A stretch of 64,000 nt of DNA from Paramoeba atlantica (lineage: Eukaryota; Protista; Discosea). Shown in pieces: positions 35,335-46,125 of this stretch. Position 1 is the stretch's first letter, and each line of letters opens with the position of its first letter. Location: NCBI GenBank assembly GCA_977017575.1, contig CDRNVI010000050.1, positions 1 through 64,000 of the forward strand, in the 5' to 3' direction. Position numbers and translations under genes: made by a program. The notes under the pieces were generated by a model. The model worked only from the letters and a program-made list of their open reading frames with translations, searched no databases and was not told the DNA's origin.

Positions 35335-36122
35335 ACCTACACGAACCTACACGGACCTACACGAATTCACACAGACTTACACAGAACCACTTTTTTCTGA
35401 TTTCTAGTTTTATACATAGCGTAAAAGAAAAACGCAACGACCTGGTTTCTGCGATAGAGAACCGCCTAGTCACGAAGGAAGGATTTTTATTCGTCGAAAT
35501 CAGGTACATCGTGCCAGTTCTGATCTTCAGGATGAGACTCTTTCTCCTGAAGATTTGTTTTCTATTCTCAAGGAACTGAAAGTTTTACGGGATAAAGAAG
35601 ACGAACCACGTTTGGTTCACGTAAAACGTGGCCCACAACATATTGAAGTTGAAGATGAAGAAGGTTCACATAAGGTAGAATCTTCAAAAAAGCGAAAAAA
35701 GAACGTCGCTTCTCGCGAAGTGCGTGATGTTTTAAGCATGTAAAGCTAAAAAGAGGTTTAAGATAGTAAAAGAGTTTTAATAAAGAAGTAAAGATAAGTG
35801 GCACCAAATAAGGTAAAGAGTGAGTCGTGCTAAATAAAACGACTATTACCATCACAAGGATTCTTAGTATTGTGCCTAAGCGGGTTTATTCCTTCAGTTG
35901 TTATTCTTTCAGCTGTTATTCAACTTTTTATTCAAGTGACGTGTTTTAACTAATTCGTTCTACTTTACCTACATGCAATCATCCTAGCGGCCGACCCATT
36001 GAACCTTCACAAAAAATGTCAAAAAAAAACTACACAAACCTACACGAATCTACACGGATTACCACGAACCTACACGTACCTACACAGCTCGCCACGGACC
36101 AACACGAACTTACACAGACCTA
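35335..36122 (+). repeat. Two arrays of a degenerate 10-bp unit (racctacacg) at ~35335-35390 and ~36030-36122
   Basis: aacctacacg aacctacacg gacctacacg aattcacaca gacttacaca, and a longer related array. Confidence 0.75.
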
Positions 36123-36219
36123 CTGCATACTCTCCAATGATAATAAGTCAATTTTATTTAAATGGGGGATCGTTTATTGTTAACTTTCGATTATTGTTAA
36201 CAATCAATATTTTTTTTTG

Positions 36220-37420
36220 CCTCTTCGTTAAACGCGGTGGTTGTTTTCAACTTAGAAGTCACTCGTGCTGCGCGCTTCGCGTTGAAAACTGCCACCGCGT
36301 TTAACGAAGAGCCTAAAAAAGAAAATTAAGCCTGGAAAGCTGAAGAAAATTGAAATATTATAGCCGAAAATAGCCGAATTTCGGGTAAAAATGGGGTGAT
36401 TTTCGCGTATTTTTGCTCTCAGAGCACTAAATCTGATATTTGCGTGTGAGAAATCACTCGTAGGCGTGAATGAAAGCCTACCGAACGTATTGGGTAGAGA
36501 ATGCGACTCCAACCATACCATTCTTTCGACATAAAAAGACCCCTTTAAGTACGAAAATTACTTTTCCGCACTTTTTGGTCAAAAATGGGCCATATTGGGA
36601 GGCGTGCCACGGCTAGAAGAAGGTGTATCTGCCGAAACCTGCGGTGCAGAAGGCTAGTAGTATAGGTCCCAAACTCTCTAAATACAATAGGGAAAAAAAT
36701 GTTGAAAAAATATTTTTCTTTCCATTTTGTTCGCCAAGTTGAATTTTTTTTCAAAAAACATTTTCCGAAAAAATCCGAACTTGGCGGACCCGTCCTGCGG
36801 ATACGCGGGGGGGTCACCCCCGGGTAGGGGGGTGGAAAATGCGTGCCAAGACCCCGGCTACCGCTTCTGTGGGTTTTTTTCGAAAAATATTCTTTTGAAA
36901 ATAAATTTCTTGCGGTATGGCCCCCCCTAGACCCCCCCATGGATCCCCCCATGGACCCCCCCTAGACCCCCCATTTTTTTCAATTTTGTTTTTCAATTTT
37001 GGACCACCGGAGCCCCCTTTTATATTTTTTTCTTCTATTATATTAAACCATGTTCCAGGATAGTATACCCATGCCCACTTAGTATACCTACCCCCCCCTC
37101 CCAGCAACACGAGCGGGCGAAGTCCCTTTTTTAGAAGCGACAGAGCAACTTTTCTAGCAATCAGACGGTAAGAAATCGTATTTTAAGGTCAAAACACCAT
37201 TTTTCTAGCAATTACAGATAAGGAACGCGCCGCGAAGCGGCGCAAAAATATTTTTTTTGCTTTTTAGACAAAAATTAGGATACCGTACCCACTTAGTATG
37301 CCTACTAGGTATACTATCCTGGAACATGGTTTACTGTGTTTCTCTTTATGTTTTCACTGTTTTTGTTCACTTTTTTTTCAATAATCGAGTGTAGAGCGGT
37401 AGTTTTACAACCACCGCAAT
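36220..37420 (-). repeat. Hairpin-ended repeat R1, copy C, with a nested MITE
   Basis: Reverse complement of copies A/B. Flanked on both sides by a ~35-bp direct repeat, ttattgttaac(t/a)ttcgattattgttaacaat. Confidence 0.85.
37046..37331. mobile_element. 286-bp MITE with TA TSD (Tc1/mariner-type)
   Basis: Perfect 24-bp TIR aaccatgttccaggatagtatacc, with TA on both sides. The empty site is visible in R1 copy B (~50637-50643). Confidence 0.92.
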
Positions 37421-37758
37421 AATCGGAATTCATTTATTGTTAACATTCGATTATTGTTAACAATGAATTAATTTCGGTTTTTTCGTGCGACTTTTGAATT
37501 TTTTTGTTCCCTATGGTCATGTTCACGATAAGGAAAATGATGCGCTTAACGATATGCGAAACAATGTTATTGAAACAACAGGCTTTCAGTCGCCCGACGA
37601 TGGCAGCCTCCAGAGATAAAACGTTGAGAAGGCAAGTAAACGTTACCTCACCGGACATCGCACTTCGATCCAAGAAAAACTTTCGAATCTGTCGGTTGCC
37701 CAACGGGTGGCATCCGTTTTCGCATCAATGGAATGTCTTCGCGCTTGGCAGACAGTTT

Positions 37759-38487
37759 TCAGTATCTCATGGGGAGTAGCTTCCGGACGAAGTAGCTTGT
37801 ACAACTCCGTGTATGAGCCAGGAATCTCGCAGTTGAAATATTCGCCAAAGCCGCTATACAGGGAAGATGCCTGTTAATGAAAACCTCTACGTTCTTAATG
37901 TCATTTGTGGGTGACAATTCCGCCTGGCTACTTCCCCCTTTGGGATGCAGCACCTTGCATGTCACATTCTTATGGATGTAGTACGGTTGCTTACATCGAC
38001 CATGAAATATTGTGTCGCAATTAAAACTTATATGGCACCTTTGATTGCCGTCGTCCTGAAGGAATGATTGCGGATCTTTGCGTTTCGCGAACTCCTGCGA
38101 ACATATCCTAGATGGATAGCCCTGACTATTATCAAAGATACACATTTGATATTCAAAATGTTTCGCCAATTCTGTGTACTTCAGCGGAACTTGGATATTC
38201 CCAAATCGTTTCGTACCAGGGCACACGTGATGAATAAGAGTTCCCCCTGATGCATTACCAAAGGCAGCCTGCGACGGAGCAGCAGCAATTTTATCTTCCA
38301 AATTTCTAATGGTCTGCGATCTACGTTGACGGGCCTGAGATGGTGATTCTTGTGAAATATTTCCGTTATCGGTGGGGGTTTCTATACCTCCTCTAGAAGA
38401 CTTACGTGTCGCCCCCTTTTCCGCCTTTCTTGGAGTGTCGTTAGAAGTCATGGGATAAGAAAACAAAGAGCGTCTATAGAATATCAC
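37759..38487 (-). pseudogene. Antisense orphan ORF (242 aa), probably frameshifted near 37865
   Basis: Long ORF against the cluster direction; an alternative frame continues SLYSGFGEYFNCEIPGSYTELYKLL. No family recognised. Confidence 0.3.
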
Positions 38488-39123
38488 TCAATAGTAATGA
38501 TCATAAATTTTTAGAATAACGTGCATGTCAGTTTTCGAAAAACGGAAAAAAAGCAAGACCATACTCTTCACAGACTGATAACCGAGACGGACAACCTCTT
38601 CCAATTTGGTGCATGCCCAATGCGCCCTTACAACACGATGTTACCAACACGCTGTGTCGGCGAATTGTACGTCAATACGGCTTACCCAAGCGGTGTAGGC
38701 CGGGTAAGGGAGCTGGTTCCCTGAGGGTGTGTCTGGGACGGTGCTCCGAGTACTGGGCCTAGTCGGATCTCAGCCCAGCCTCTTAGAGTGAGGCCTCCAG
38801 GTATTAAGGTGGAATCGAACTCGTCGTCTGAGCACCATCCACTCTAAACTTTACGTTCGTACCACTCTGTTCCCTCACCCCTCACCGCTCCCTCGCCCCC
38901 CTAGTAGCAGGGCAGAGGGAGGATTAACTTACCATACCTGTGACTTCGTACCATACCGGGGCTACGCTGTATGCTAAACCGGACTTGATTACACCTCTCC
39001 ATCGAAGGCTTTTCCATTTTTCATAACCTACCTTTTCTTTCTTTCTTTCTTCCTTTTATTCCTCCTTTCTTCCCAAATTTACATTACAAATTTACCTTAC
39101 CCTTTTACATTCCCCCCGATCCC

Positions 39124-40323
39124 ATGGTCTTCCAACCCCCACGTCGGATCGGTCCTTTCACCTACCACACCCCCTCCTACACCCGCGGCTCCCTACGCCT
39201 GCCCGCGATCACCCACATCCCGGCAGAAACGCTCAAAAAGGCCGATGCCGGGAAACCCGTCCGCAGCCTCGACCGCCTCTGCTCCCACCTCCCCAGTGCC
39301 GCGCTCTATCTTACCATGCGCGCCGGCATGACCCAATCCGAGGCGGAGGCCCGGGTCTCGGACAACGCGTTACGTCTCGGTTCCACCGGGGCGTTGCTGT
39401 CGCCTGAAACCCTTCTGGAACAGCTCCCCTATGAGCAATGGGAAAACAGAAACCTCTACGTGCGTTGCTCCACCAACGGGCAATGGGTTCCCGTGGAGCT
39501 CCGCGCCCTGCACCGCGTCTATGGGGTCTATGCGAAACCTCCGGGGGTTTCGCTTTCGTTAAATGGGGGAAATGCGAAAAGTTTTGTGCATCGAATACAG
39601 CCTCCGGATTTTGGAATCTGGCAACCTCACACGGTTTATGGTTTTAATTCACCGTATTTAACTTCCATAAGTTCGGGGTGTGTGTTGTTAAGTAATGATT
39701 TAATGTGGCATCGGTATTTTGGATGTCACCCGATGTTTGGGACTGGAGGGTTGTTTCGGCTGCATTTTTGTTTCGGCACTCCAGTAGAGGTGGCGCAGAA
39801 TTTGGAGCAAATTTTGCGCAACGTGCCGGAAAAGGACACCGCAGGGTTCTTTCGAGGTGAATTTGTGAAATATGAGGTAAGTGGGGTGCAAAGAAGGAAA
39901 GCGACGCCGGAGGAAAAGGAAGACGTGCATAGGGTGCAGGAAAAGGGAGAGGGGGGAATGGAATATTCTTCTTCCTCTTTTTCGAAACCCCAAGGTGCTG
40001 GGTTTCGGGTTTATTCAGCCTCTACGGAAGGTGAATCTTCTCCGAAACCTGTGTTGGACTGTGCAGGTGCAGCCTCCTCTTCTGATGTTCTTTACTTGGA
40101 TTTGCGCACACAAATGTTGCGCCCCGGCATGATACAAAAAATTCGGCAACACGCCGTAAGTTCCGTAGAGTGTCTTGGTTACGAACATTTGGACGCGCAG
40201 AAAATGTCGCTTCTCCCTGGGGAATACCGTTCCCTACGAGATGAGGAAATCCAGGTAATGGAGGAAGCTCTTCGGCGGGTAAAAACACGAACGGTGGTGT
40301 CCCATTTGCGAGATCCAGACTAA
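39124..40323 (+). CDS. RsuA/RluB-family pseudouridine synthase homologue lacking the catalytic Asp
   Basis: S4-like N-terminus, VYAKPPGV, YLTSISSGCVLLSND (canonical RLDxxTSGLLLLTND) and C-terminal LLPGEYRSLRDEEI. Confidence 0.6.
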   Translation: MVFQPPRRIGPFTYHTPSYTRGSLRLPAITHIPAETLKKADAGKPVRSLDRLCSHLPSAALYLTMRAGMTQSEAEARVSDNALRLGSTGALLSPETLLEQLPYEQWENRNLYVRCSTNGQWVPVELRALHRVYGVYAKPPGVSLSLNGGNAKSFVHRIQPPDFGIWQPHTVYGFNSPYLTSISSGCVLLSNDLMWHRYFGCHPMFGTGGLFRLHFCFGTPVEVAQNLEQILRNVPEKDTAGFFRGEFVKYEVSGVQRRKATPEEKEDVHRVQEKGEGGMEYSSSSFSKPQGAGFRVYSASTEGESSPKPVLDCAGAASSSDVLYLDLRTQMLRPGMIQKIRQHAVSSVECLGYEHLDAQKMSLLPGEYRSLRDEEIQVMEEALRRVKTRTVVSHLRDPD

Positions 40324-40665
40324 TTTTTCCTTTTCTATTTTTTTATGTTTTTTTTCGCATGCACAGAAGTCCATGTAATTACTGTACGTGACGTGAGGCA
40401 TAGTGTACAATCATGTGAAATCTATGTGAGCTCTCCAATGCGCTATTAATCTTTACAGTTGGTTCAGTTTTACGAATGTTGACCCTCTTCCGATATTTGG
40501 TTCCCATTTCTATACGTTTTATGTCTTTTGACGGAATCAGTTTATCTGCGCCTGCAGGGAGATTGCCAAAATTGTCTTTACATTCCTTTTTATTGCTACT
40601 GTTCTCTAAAGCCATTTTGTCAATTTTTCCTTGGGTTGCTCTTACCCTTCTTCTCCCATCCTCCC

Positions 40666-41445
40666 ATGTTTCGTGTCACCTCCCCTAAATCCATCCAGTC
40701 CTTCTGGGGCGGTATGGGTTTCAAAAAACCGAACACAGCTACCCTAGGGGCTTTCCTACGTACCTGGCGTCGCCCCGAAAACACCCGATCGCATCAATTT
40801 ACTCACTTTGTCGATATCCAAACCGATCCCACAAAAGCGATACATCTCACTCGGGCTCTTTCAGCCGAACACGTCGGCCCTGGCGCTTCCGTCTTCCCGG
40901 TACTGACGCCCTCCTTAATTCAAAGTCTTACCCCGCAGGGATCCTATCTGCTCAGTGCCCTGTTGCATGACATTGTGTTGCTCCGAAAAGTAGATTGGAC
41001 AACCGACTTTGATGCTTTCTGGGACGATCAGGTCTACACGCACCGCACAACCTATGAAGAGGCGTATCTTGGAAAACACTTTTCGTGGTATCAAAGATGG
41101 ATAGGAACGCGAAAAACGACAGACGCCTCGCAAGAGGAAAAGCGAATCCTTCAAACGTATCTTTGTCAATTTGAGGATTTGGTCAAGTGGGCGTTTCGAA
41201 CAGAAAAAGTCTACTCTTCACTTTTTCGCGCAAAATTTAAAATGCAACGTGAAGTGTGGGATGCAGAAGAGCGAGAAAAAATATTACTCGGGTGCGCAAA
41301 GGCCTACACCGATTTCTGTGAACAAGTTCCCGCAGCGTACCGAACCAAAGCGGTGAAGGAACTTCACTGGCATTTGACTGCGATGAGGCACTGGGTGTGG
41401 GACTGCCCCAATGCGAAGCGAATTTACACTCGACTGCTGGCCTAA
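40666..41445 (+). CDS. Hypothetical protein, possibly mitochondrial (~259 aa; ORF open from 40528)
   Basis: Long + strand ORF with globular composition, cccATG context and a presequence-like MFRVTSPKS start. Confidence 0.6.
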   Translation: MFRVTSPKSIQSFWGGMGFKKPNTATLGAFLRTWRRPENTRSHQFTHFVDIQTDPTKAIHLTRALSAEHVGPGASVFPVLTPSLIQSLTPQGSYLLSALLHDIVLLRKVDWTTDFDAFWDDQVYTHRTTYEEAYLGKHFSWYQRWIGTRKTTDASQEEKRILQTYLCQFEDLVKWAFRTEKVYSSLFRAKFKMQREVWDAEEREKILLGCAKAYTDFCEQVPAAYRTKAVKELHWHLTAMRHWVWDCPNAKRIYTRLLA

Positions 41446-42038
41446 GTGCGTGGATTTCTTAAGTGGCCAAAAAATGAGATCGCGGTTGAAAAGCAAACGT
41501 CACGGGGATGACGCTTGTTTTTCGCCTTTGAGTCAAGCTTGAATTATGGGGATAGAATGAATACTTTTTTAACGATGTGAATACCACTCGAGAAATAGTA
41601 CCGGTACTGAAAAGAGGAATATCGGCGATGGATACCTTGAAATTTCCGTCCTCAAACGAATAGTATTTATATCGGAAAACTAAGCATTTCGTGTTACTCT
41701 TTTAATACTTCTATTTAATGGTTCTGTCGTATCAGACATTTTCGCAGAAATGTGATCGCACGAAATGATTTTTAGAACCCCTGTTCACGTACCTTTGCCG
41801 CGTTATTCATATTTTTCAATCTTTGGATGCTCATCTATAATTTTTATGTTTCTTTATTACTTTTTAAGATTCGCTAAACGTGGTGATTGTTCTTAGCGGA
41901 GAATACACTACTGCTGCTCTTCACGTTGAAAGCTATTTCATAGGCTATCTCCAACGAAAATCTAGTTGAATCAAACCAAAAACGTACCTTAATATCAAAG
42001 TTTCACCTTATCTTCTACAACCACGTCGTCAAGAAAAA

Positions 42039-42743
42039 ATGAACACAAGCATTCCGTTGAAGGCTGCAAAGGTGCGAGGGAACTTGCCGCCTCCAGAATA
42101 TCAACTTGCGCATCTCATTGAAAACGTGAACCGTTATCGGCCTTCATGGGGTACGGAGATTCCCGCTTGTAAATGGAATGGAGTCACATGCGATGAGGAA
42201 GGCCTTGTCACTGGAATCAAATGGTATCGATTCCGCCTTTCAGGTATTCTTCGGTGGGAATTTCTTCCTCATACTCTGGTTGCGCTCAATCTCAATAGCA
42301 ATAGACTCGAAGGCAAGGTGCCTTTTATGGAGCTGCCACCTAAACTTCTTCATCTCTACATGGATGGTAATTTTTTTCATAGTGAAGCTGACTTCACCGC
42401 GCTTCCAAATACAATAGCCTACATCGTCTTGAGTGACAACAATTTTTCCGGAGAGATCTGTCTCACCAAGTTGCCTCAAACCCTTTCTTTGCTTAACTTG
42501 ACAAAAAATCGATTCAGTGGGCCGTTGGATCTAACAAATCTTCCCTCCGCAATGAGTTTACTTTTTCTAAATAGCAATCGTTTTCGTGGTCATGTGAGCT
42601 TGAGTTCTCTCCCCAAAGGAATGAGTCATCTGGGCTTGGACGGTAACCCGTCTCTGTACATTAAAGACAGTGCATTCAAGGACGAAGCATTTGAAGTTCC
42701 GGAAGGAAATGTAATGGATCTTGTGAGGAAAGTAATTCCGTAA
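42039..42743 (+). CDS. Short LRR protein, subfamily B (234 aa)
   Basis: Paralogue of 31476-32186. Confidence 0.85.
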   Translation: MNTSIPLKAAKVRGNLPPPEYQLAHLIENVNRYRPSWGTEIPACKWNGVTCDEEGLVTGIKWYRFRLSGILRWEFLPHTLVALNLNSNRLEGKVPFMELPPKLLHLYMDGNFFHSEADFTALPNTIAYIVLSDNNFSGEICLTKLPQTLSLLNLTKNRFSGPLDLTNLPSAMSLLFLNSNRFRGHVSLSSLPKGMSHLGLDGNPSLYIKDSAFKDEAFEVPEGNVMDLVRKVIP

Positions 42744-43187
42744 TTTTGTCCATTAGCGTAGACTTTAACAATCATACTTGGACCTACAAACATCTCAGGA
42801 ACTAATTTTAAGTCTGTTCAAGGACTCATTTGGGCAAACTACGACTGGTAGTGGCCGAATGGTTGAAGTTGTGCACCTTTTTTAAACCGATGAGAATGCC
42901 ATCCGAGAAATACTACCCGTGATGAATACACACAAGGCCGTAGAGGAAGGAGGAGACGCAAGGTAAAACGGCAGAAGGCGGATATTTTGTAGATATTGAT
43001 ATGGCGGATTTTTTGTATTCAGCTATTTACAAAATAATATCGCTGCGCTGGTAACGTATGCTAGTAGTGTAGGCATGAGTGTCACCTAATAGTACCCATA
43101 GATAGTTCATCTCATTTCGTTCTACAAAAGAAATAAGAATGAATATAGAAAGTTTTAGCATTCGAAAGGTTTTTTTGCTACCTATTA

Positions 43188-43372
43188 CTGTCCTCCCCCC
43201 CTTTAAGCGCACCCGGTCAGCCCCCCCCCCCCCGTTTAAGCGCACATAGAGTTGAAGGAAAGAGCCCGGCGCCGCGAAGCGGCGCCAATTTTTTTTTATG
43301 TAGTGATTCAGACCCCCCCGTTTAAGCGTACTTTTCGCGGAAAACGAGGTGCGCTTAAACGGGGGGGGACAG
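43188..43372. mobile_element. 185-bp TA-flanked MITE (ctgtcc termini)
   Basis: TA-ctgtcc(t)cccccc..tttaagcgcac / gtgcgcttaaac..ggacag-TA, with internal ccccgtttaagcg repeats. Confidence 0.8.
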
Positions 43373-43440
43373 TATAAAGAAATTCTTGTCCCAAAAAAAA
43401 GATGAAAAGTAATCGCCCCAGAGAGTTTATGTCCGTAAAA

Positions 43441-43518
43441 TTAGTATTTAGCATTCCCCCCACGAGCCTTCAGCACTGCCTTCATACGGGCAGGCATATT
43501 GTCCACCTGGACACGGCA
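43441..43518 (-). pseudogene. C-terminal remnant of a second Tc1-type transposase
   Basis: The minus strand reads RVQVDNMPARMKAVLKARGGNAKY*, matching the canonical Tc1 end (LVESMPRRxxAVIxAKGGxTKY*). Confidence 0.7.
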
Positions 43519-43847
43519 TGGTATGTTCGAGGGTGGTATGTTCGTCCATTTCATTTTTACCCTCTCCCACAACTCTCGGACTCCGCTTGGGGGATCATCG
43601 TGCGCTTCAAGTCGATGGCTATGTAACCCAAGCTAAAGTCGACGAGGGAGATACTAAAGGCCCCTTTGGCAAACTACCACAAAACTGGAACGGTGTCTCC
43701 CGTTTTGTAAAGCATTCTGATGTGACAAAAGAATATTTAACGGGAAAAGAATATTTAGCCTGGGTTCAAATTCCAATTTCGAATTCCAATATTTAGCCTG
43801 GGTTCAAATTCCAATTTTGAATAATACACCGTTCCCCGGGTTAGTTA

Positions 43848-44185
43848 CAGGGGGAAAAAAAGTTATGTCAACAAAAGTCGAGGCAACAAAAGTTGTGTCA
43901 ACAAAAGTCGTGTTAATGCGAAACGTGGGGAGGAACAAAAGTATGTTAAAAAATATAATTGCTCTTACTTTTGGTAAAATAGGTGCATATTCGCTCTTTT
44001 ACCTTGGAGCGAAGGTCACTTGACCATCGAGAGTGCGGTTTCAGGGGTATTACATGACGCTCTGGCACTGCTATCTCGCTGATGGAGGGGACAAAAGTTG
44101 TGGTAACATAAGTTGTGTCAAGAAAAGTCGTGTTAATCCCAGAAATTAACACGACTTTTCTTGACACAACATAATTTCCCCCCTG
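43848..44185. mobile_element. 338-bp TA-flanked MITE (CAGGGG termini; Tc1/pogo-type)
   Basis: TA-cagggggaaa ... tttcccccctg-TA, with gtcaacaaaagtcg subterminal repeats. Confidence 0.8.
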
Positions 44186-44257
44186 TAACTCAAACCAAAC
44201 GCATACATTACTATCAAAGTTTCACCTTATCTTCTACTATCACGTCGTCAAGAAAAA

Positions 44258-44962
44258 ATGAACACAAGCATTCCGTTGAAGGCTGCAAAGGTGCGAGGAA
44301 ACTTGCCGCCTCCAGAATATCAACTTGCGCAACTCATTGAAAACGTGAAACTTCATCGGCCGTCATGGATTATGGACACTCCTACTTGTAAATCGAGTGG
44401 AATCACATGCGATGAGGAAGGCCGTGTTACTGAAATTGAATGGCATCGATTCCACCTTTCAGGGATTCTTCGGTGGGAATTTCTTCCTCATACTCTGGTT
44501 GCGCTCAATCTCAATAGCAATAAACTCGAAGGTAAGGTGCCTTTTATGGAGCTGCCACCTAAACTTACTACTCTCTGCATGGAAAGCAATTTTTTTCATA
44601 CTGAAGCTGACTTCACTGCGCTTCCAAATACAATAGCCTATATCGTCTTGAATGACAACAATTTTTCAGGAGAGATCTGTCTCACCAAGTTACCTCAAAC
44701 TCTTTCTTTCCTTAACTTGGCAAGAAATCGATTCAGTGGGACGTTGGATCTAACTAACCTTCCTTCCGCAATGAATTCACTCTTTCTAAATAGCAATCGT
44801 TTTCGTGGTCATGTGAGCTTGAGTTCTCTTCCCAAAGGAATGAGTAAACTTGTTTTGAACGGTAACTCGGTTCTATACATTAAAGACAGTACTTTCAAGG
44901 AGGAAGCTTTTCGAATCCCTGGAGGAAATGTAATGGATCTTGTTAAGAACGTAATTCCTTAA
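44258..44962 (+). CDS. Short LRR protein, subfamily B (234 aa)
   Basis: Paralogue of 42039-42743. Confidence 0.85.
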   Translation: MNTSIPLKAAKVRGNLPPPEYQLAQLIENVKLHRPSWIMDTPTCKSSGITCDEEGRVTEIEWHRFHLSGILRWEFLPHTLVALNLNSNKLEGKVPFMELPPKLTTLCMESNFFHTEADFTALPNTIAYIVLNDNNFSGEICLTKLPQTLSFLNLARNRFSGTLDLTNLPSAMNSLFLNSNRFRGHVSLSSLPKGMSKLVLNGNSVLYIKDSTFKEEAFRIPGGNVMDLVKNVIP

Positions 44963-45443
44963 TTGTGTCCATTGGCGTAGACTTTAACAATCATACTTGG
45001 ACCTACAAACGTCTCAGAAACTAATTTTAAGTCTGTTCAAGGACGCATCTGGGCGAAATACGACCGGTGGTGGCTGAATGGTTGAAATTGTGCACCTTTT
45101 TTAAACCGATGAGAATACCATCGGAGAAATACTACCAGTAATGAATATTTTGTAATTTGCAGCCGGTAACGGGTAAAATCATGATCAATCACTTTGATGG
45201 TGGGTTTTGTTGTGGGTATCTTGAAATCAACTGTGTCACACGTCTTCCGTTTAGTGAGGTTAAGCCCGCTGGTACGAGTTTTGTTGGATGTGGCAATGTT
45301 TTGTACGGAACTCGTCTTGTCTGCATCATTTTGATTTTCTTTGGAATTCGCTGATATTTAGTCACTTTTAGAATTTTTTTGCAAAGTGTGCAAACTTCGT
45401 TTAATCTGACCTAAATTTAGTAGTTTAAGTTTACACAACTTAA

Positions 45444-45791
45444 ACCCTGTTCCGGGTTATTGTGCCTAGAGCTACTTATTGTGCAGGGGGGCACAATAAG
45501 TGGAAACGACGACTATTATTGTGCCCCCCCCTCCAAAATATGGCGCCGCTTCGCGGCGCCGCATTTTTTTGCGGGTTTTTTATTCCCATTTTCTCGAAAT
45601 TAACGGTGTTTGTTCAGCAACGCACTCGTTAAATAGAACTCATTCTGCACATGAACGTGTTTGTTCACAAAAAGGACACCGCGAAGCGGCGCCAATTTTT
45701 CTTTTACCCTTTTTTTGGTTTTTTCCAATATTTAGTTATTGTGCCTAGAGCCAGTTGTTGCGCAGGGGGGCACAATAACCCGGAACAGGGT
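45444..45791. mobile_element. 348-bp TTAA-flanked MITE (piggyBac-like target)
   Basis: TTAA at 45440-43 and 45792-95; perfect TIR accctgttccgggttattgtgcc. Confidence 0.85.
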
Positions 45792-46125
45792 TTAAATGCA
45801 AACAAAATGCACAACTTAAACTTTGAAGTGTCCAATCGTGGCACCGATTGTCCCATAGTGGCCCCAGAAATGCACCGAAATTGCTGGGGGTCCAATGGTG
45901 CTTAATATTCCTACCCCCCCCTCTCCCTGACACCTACCCTGTCTTTGCTTGAGATCCAGACAATTTATCCCTCGAAAATCCCTTTTTGGTATGATTTTTT
46001 CATCAAAATAGCAAGCCCAACGCGCACACAAGACCCGAACAGACCAAAACGAGCACAAGATCAAAGATCGCGCCGCTTCGTGGCGCGAAAAAAAATTTGG
46101 TGCTTTTCTGCTAATTTTTTAAACC

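Noticed and set aside
37759-38487. Fanzor/TnpB-like motifs (AFGNAS, VPLK, SRICS, NRHL..AALANI)
   Set aside because: There is no RuvC-I, the catalytic E and D are absent, the spacing is wrong, and the last motif may be out of frame. An HHpred hit to TnpB would reopen this.
38790-38960. Pol III or U1-like small RNA (minus-strand gagttcgattcc; plus-strand aacttacc)
   Set aside because: Only isolated short motifs; no convincing cloverleaf, Sm site or terminator.
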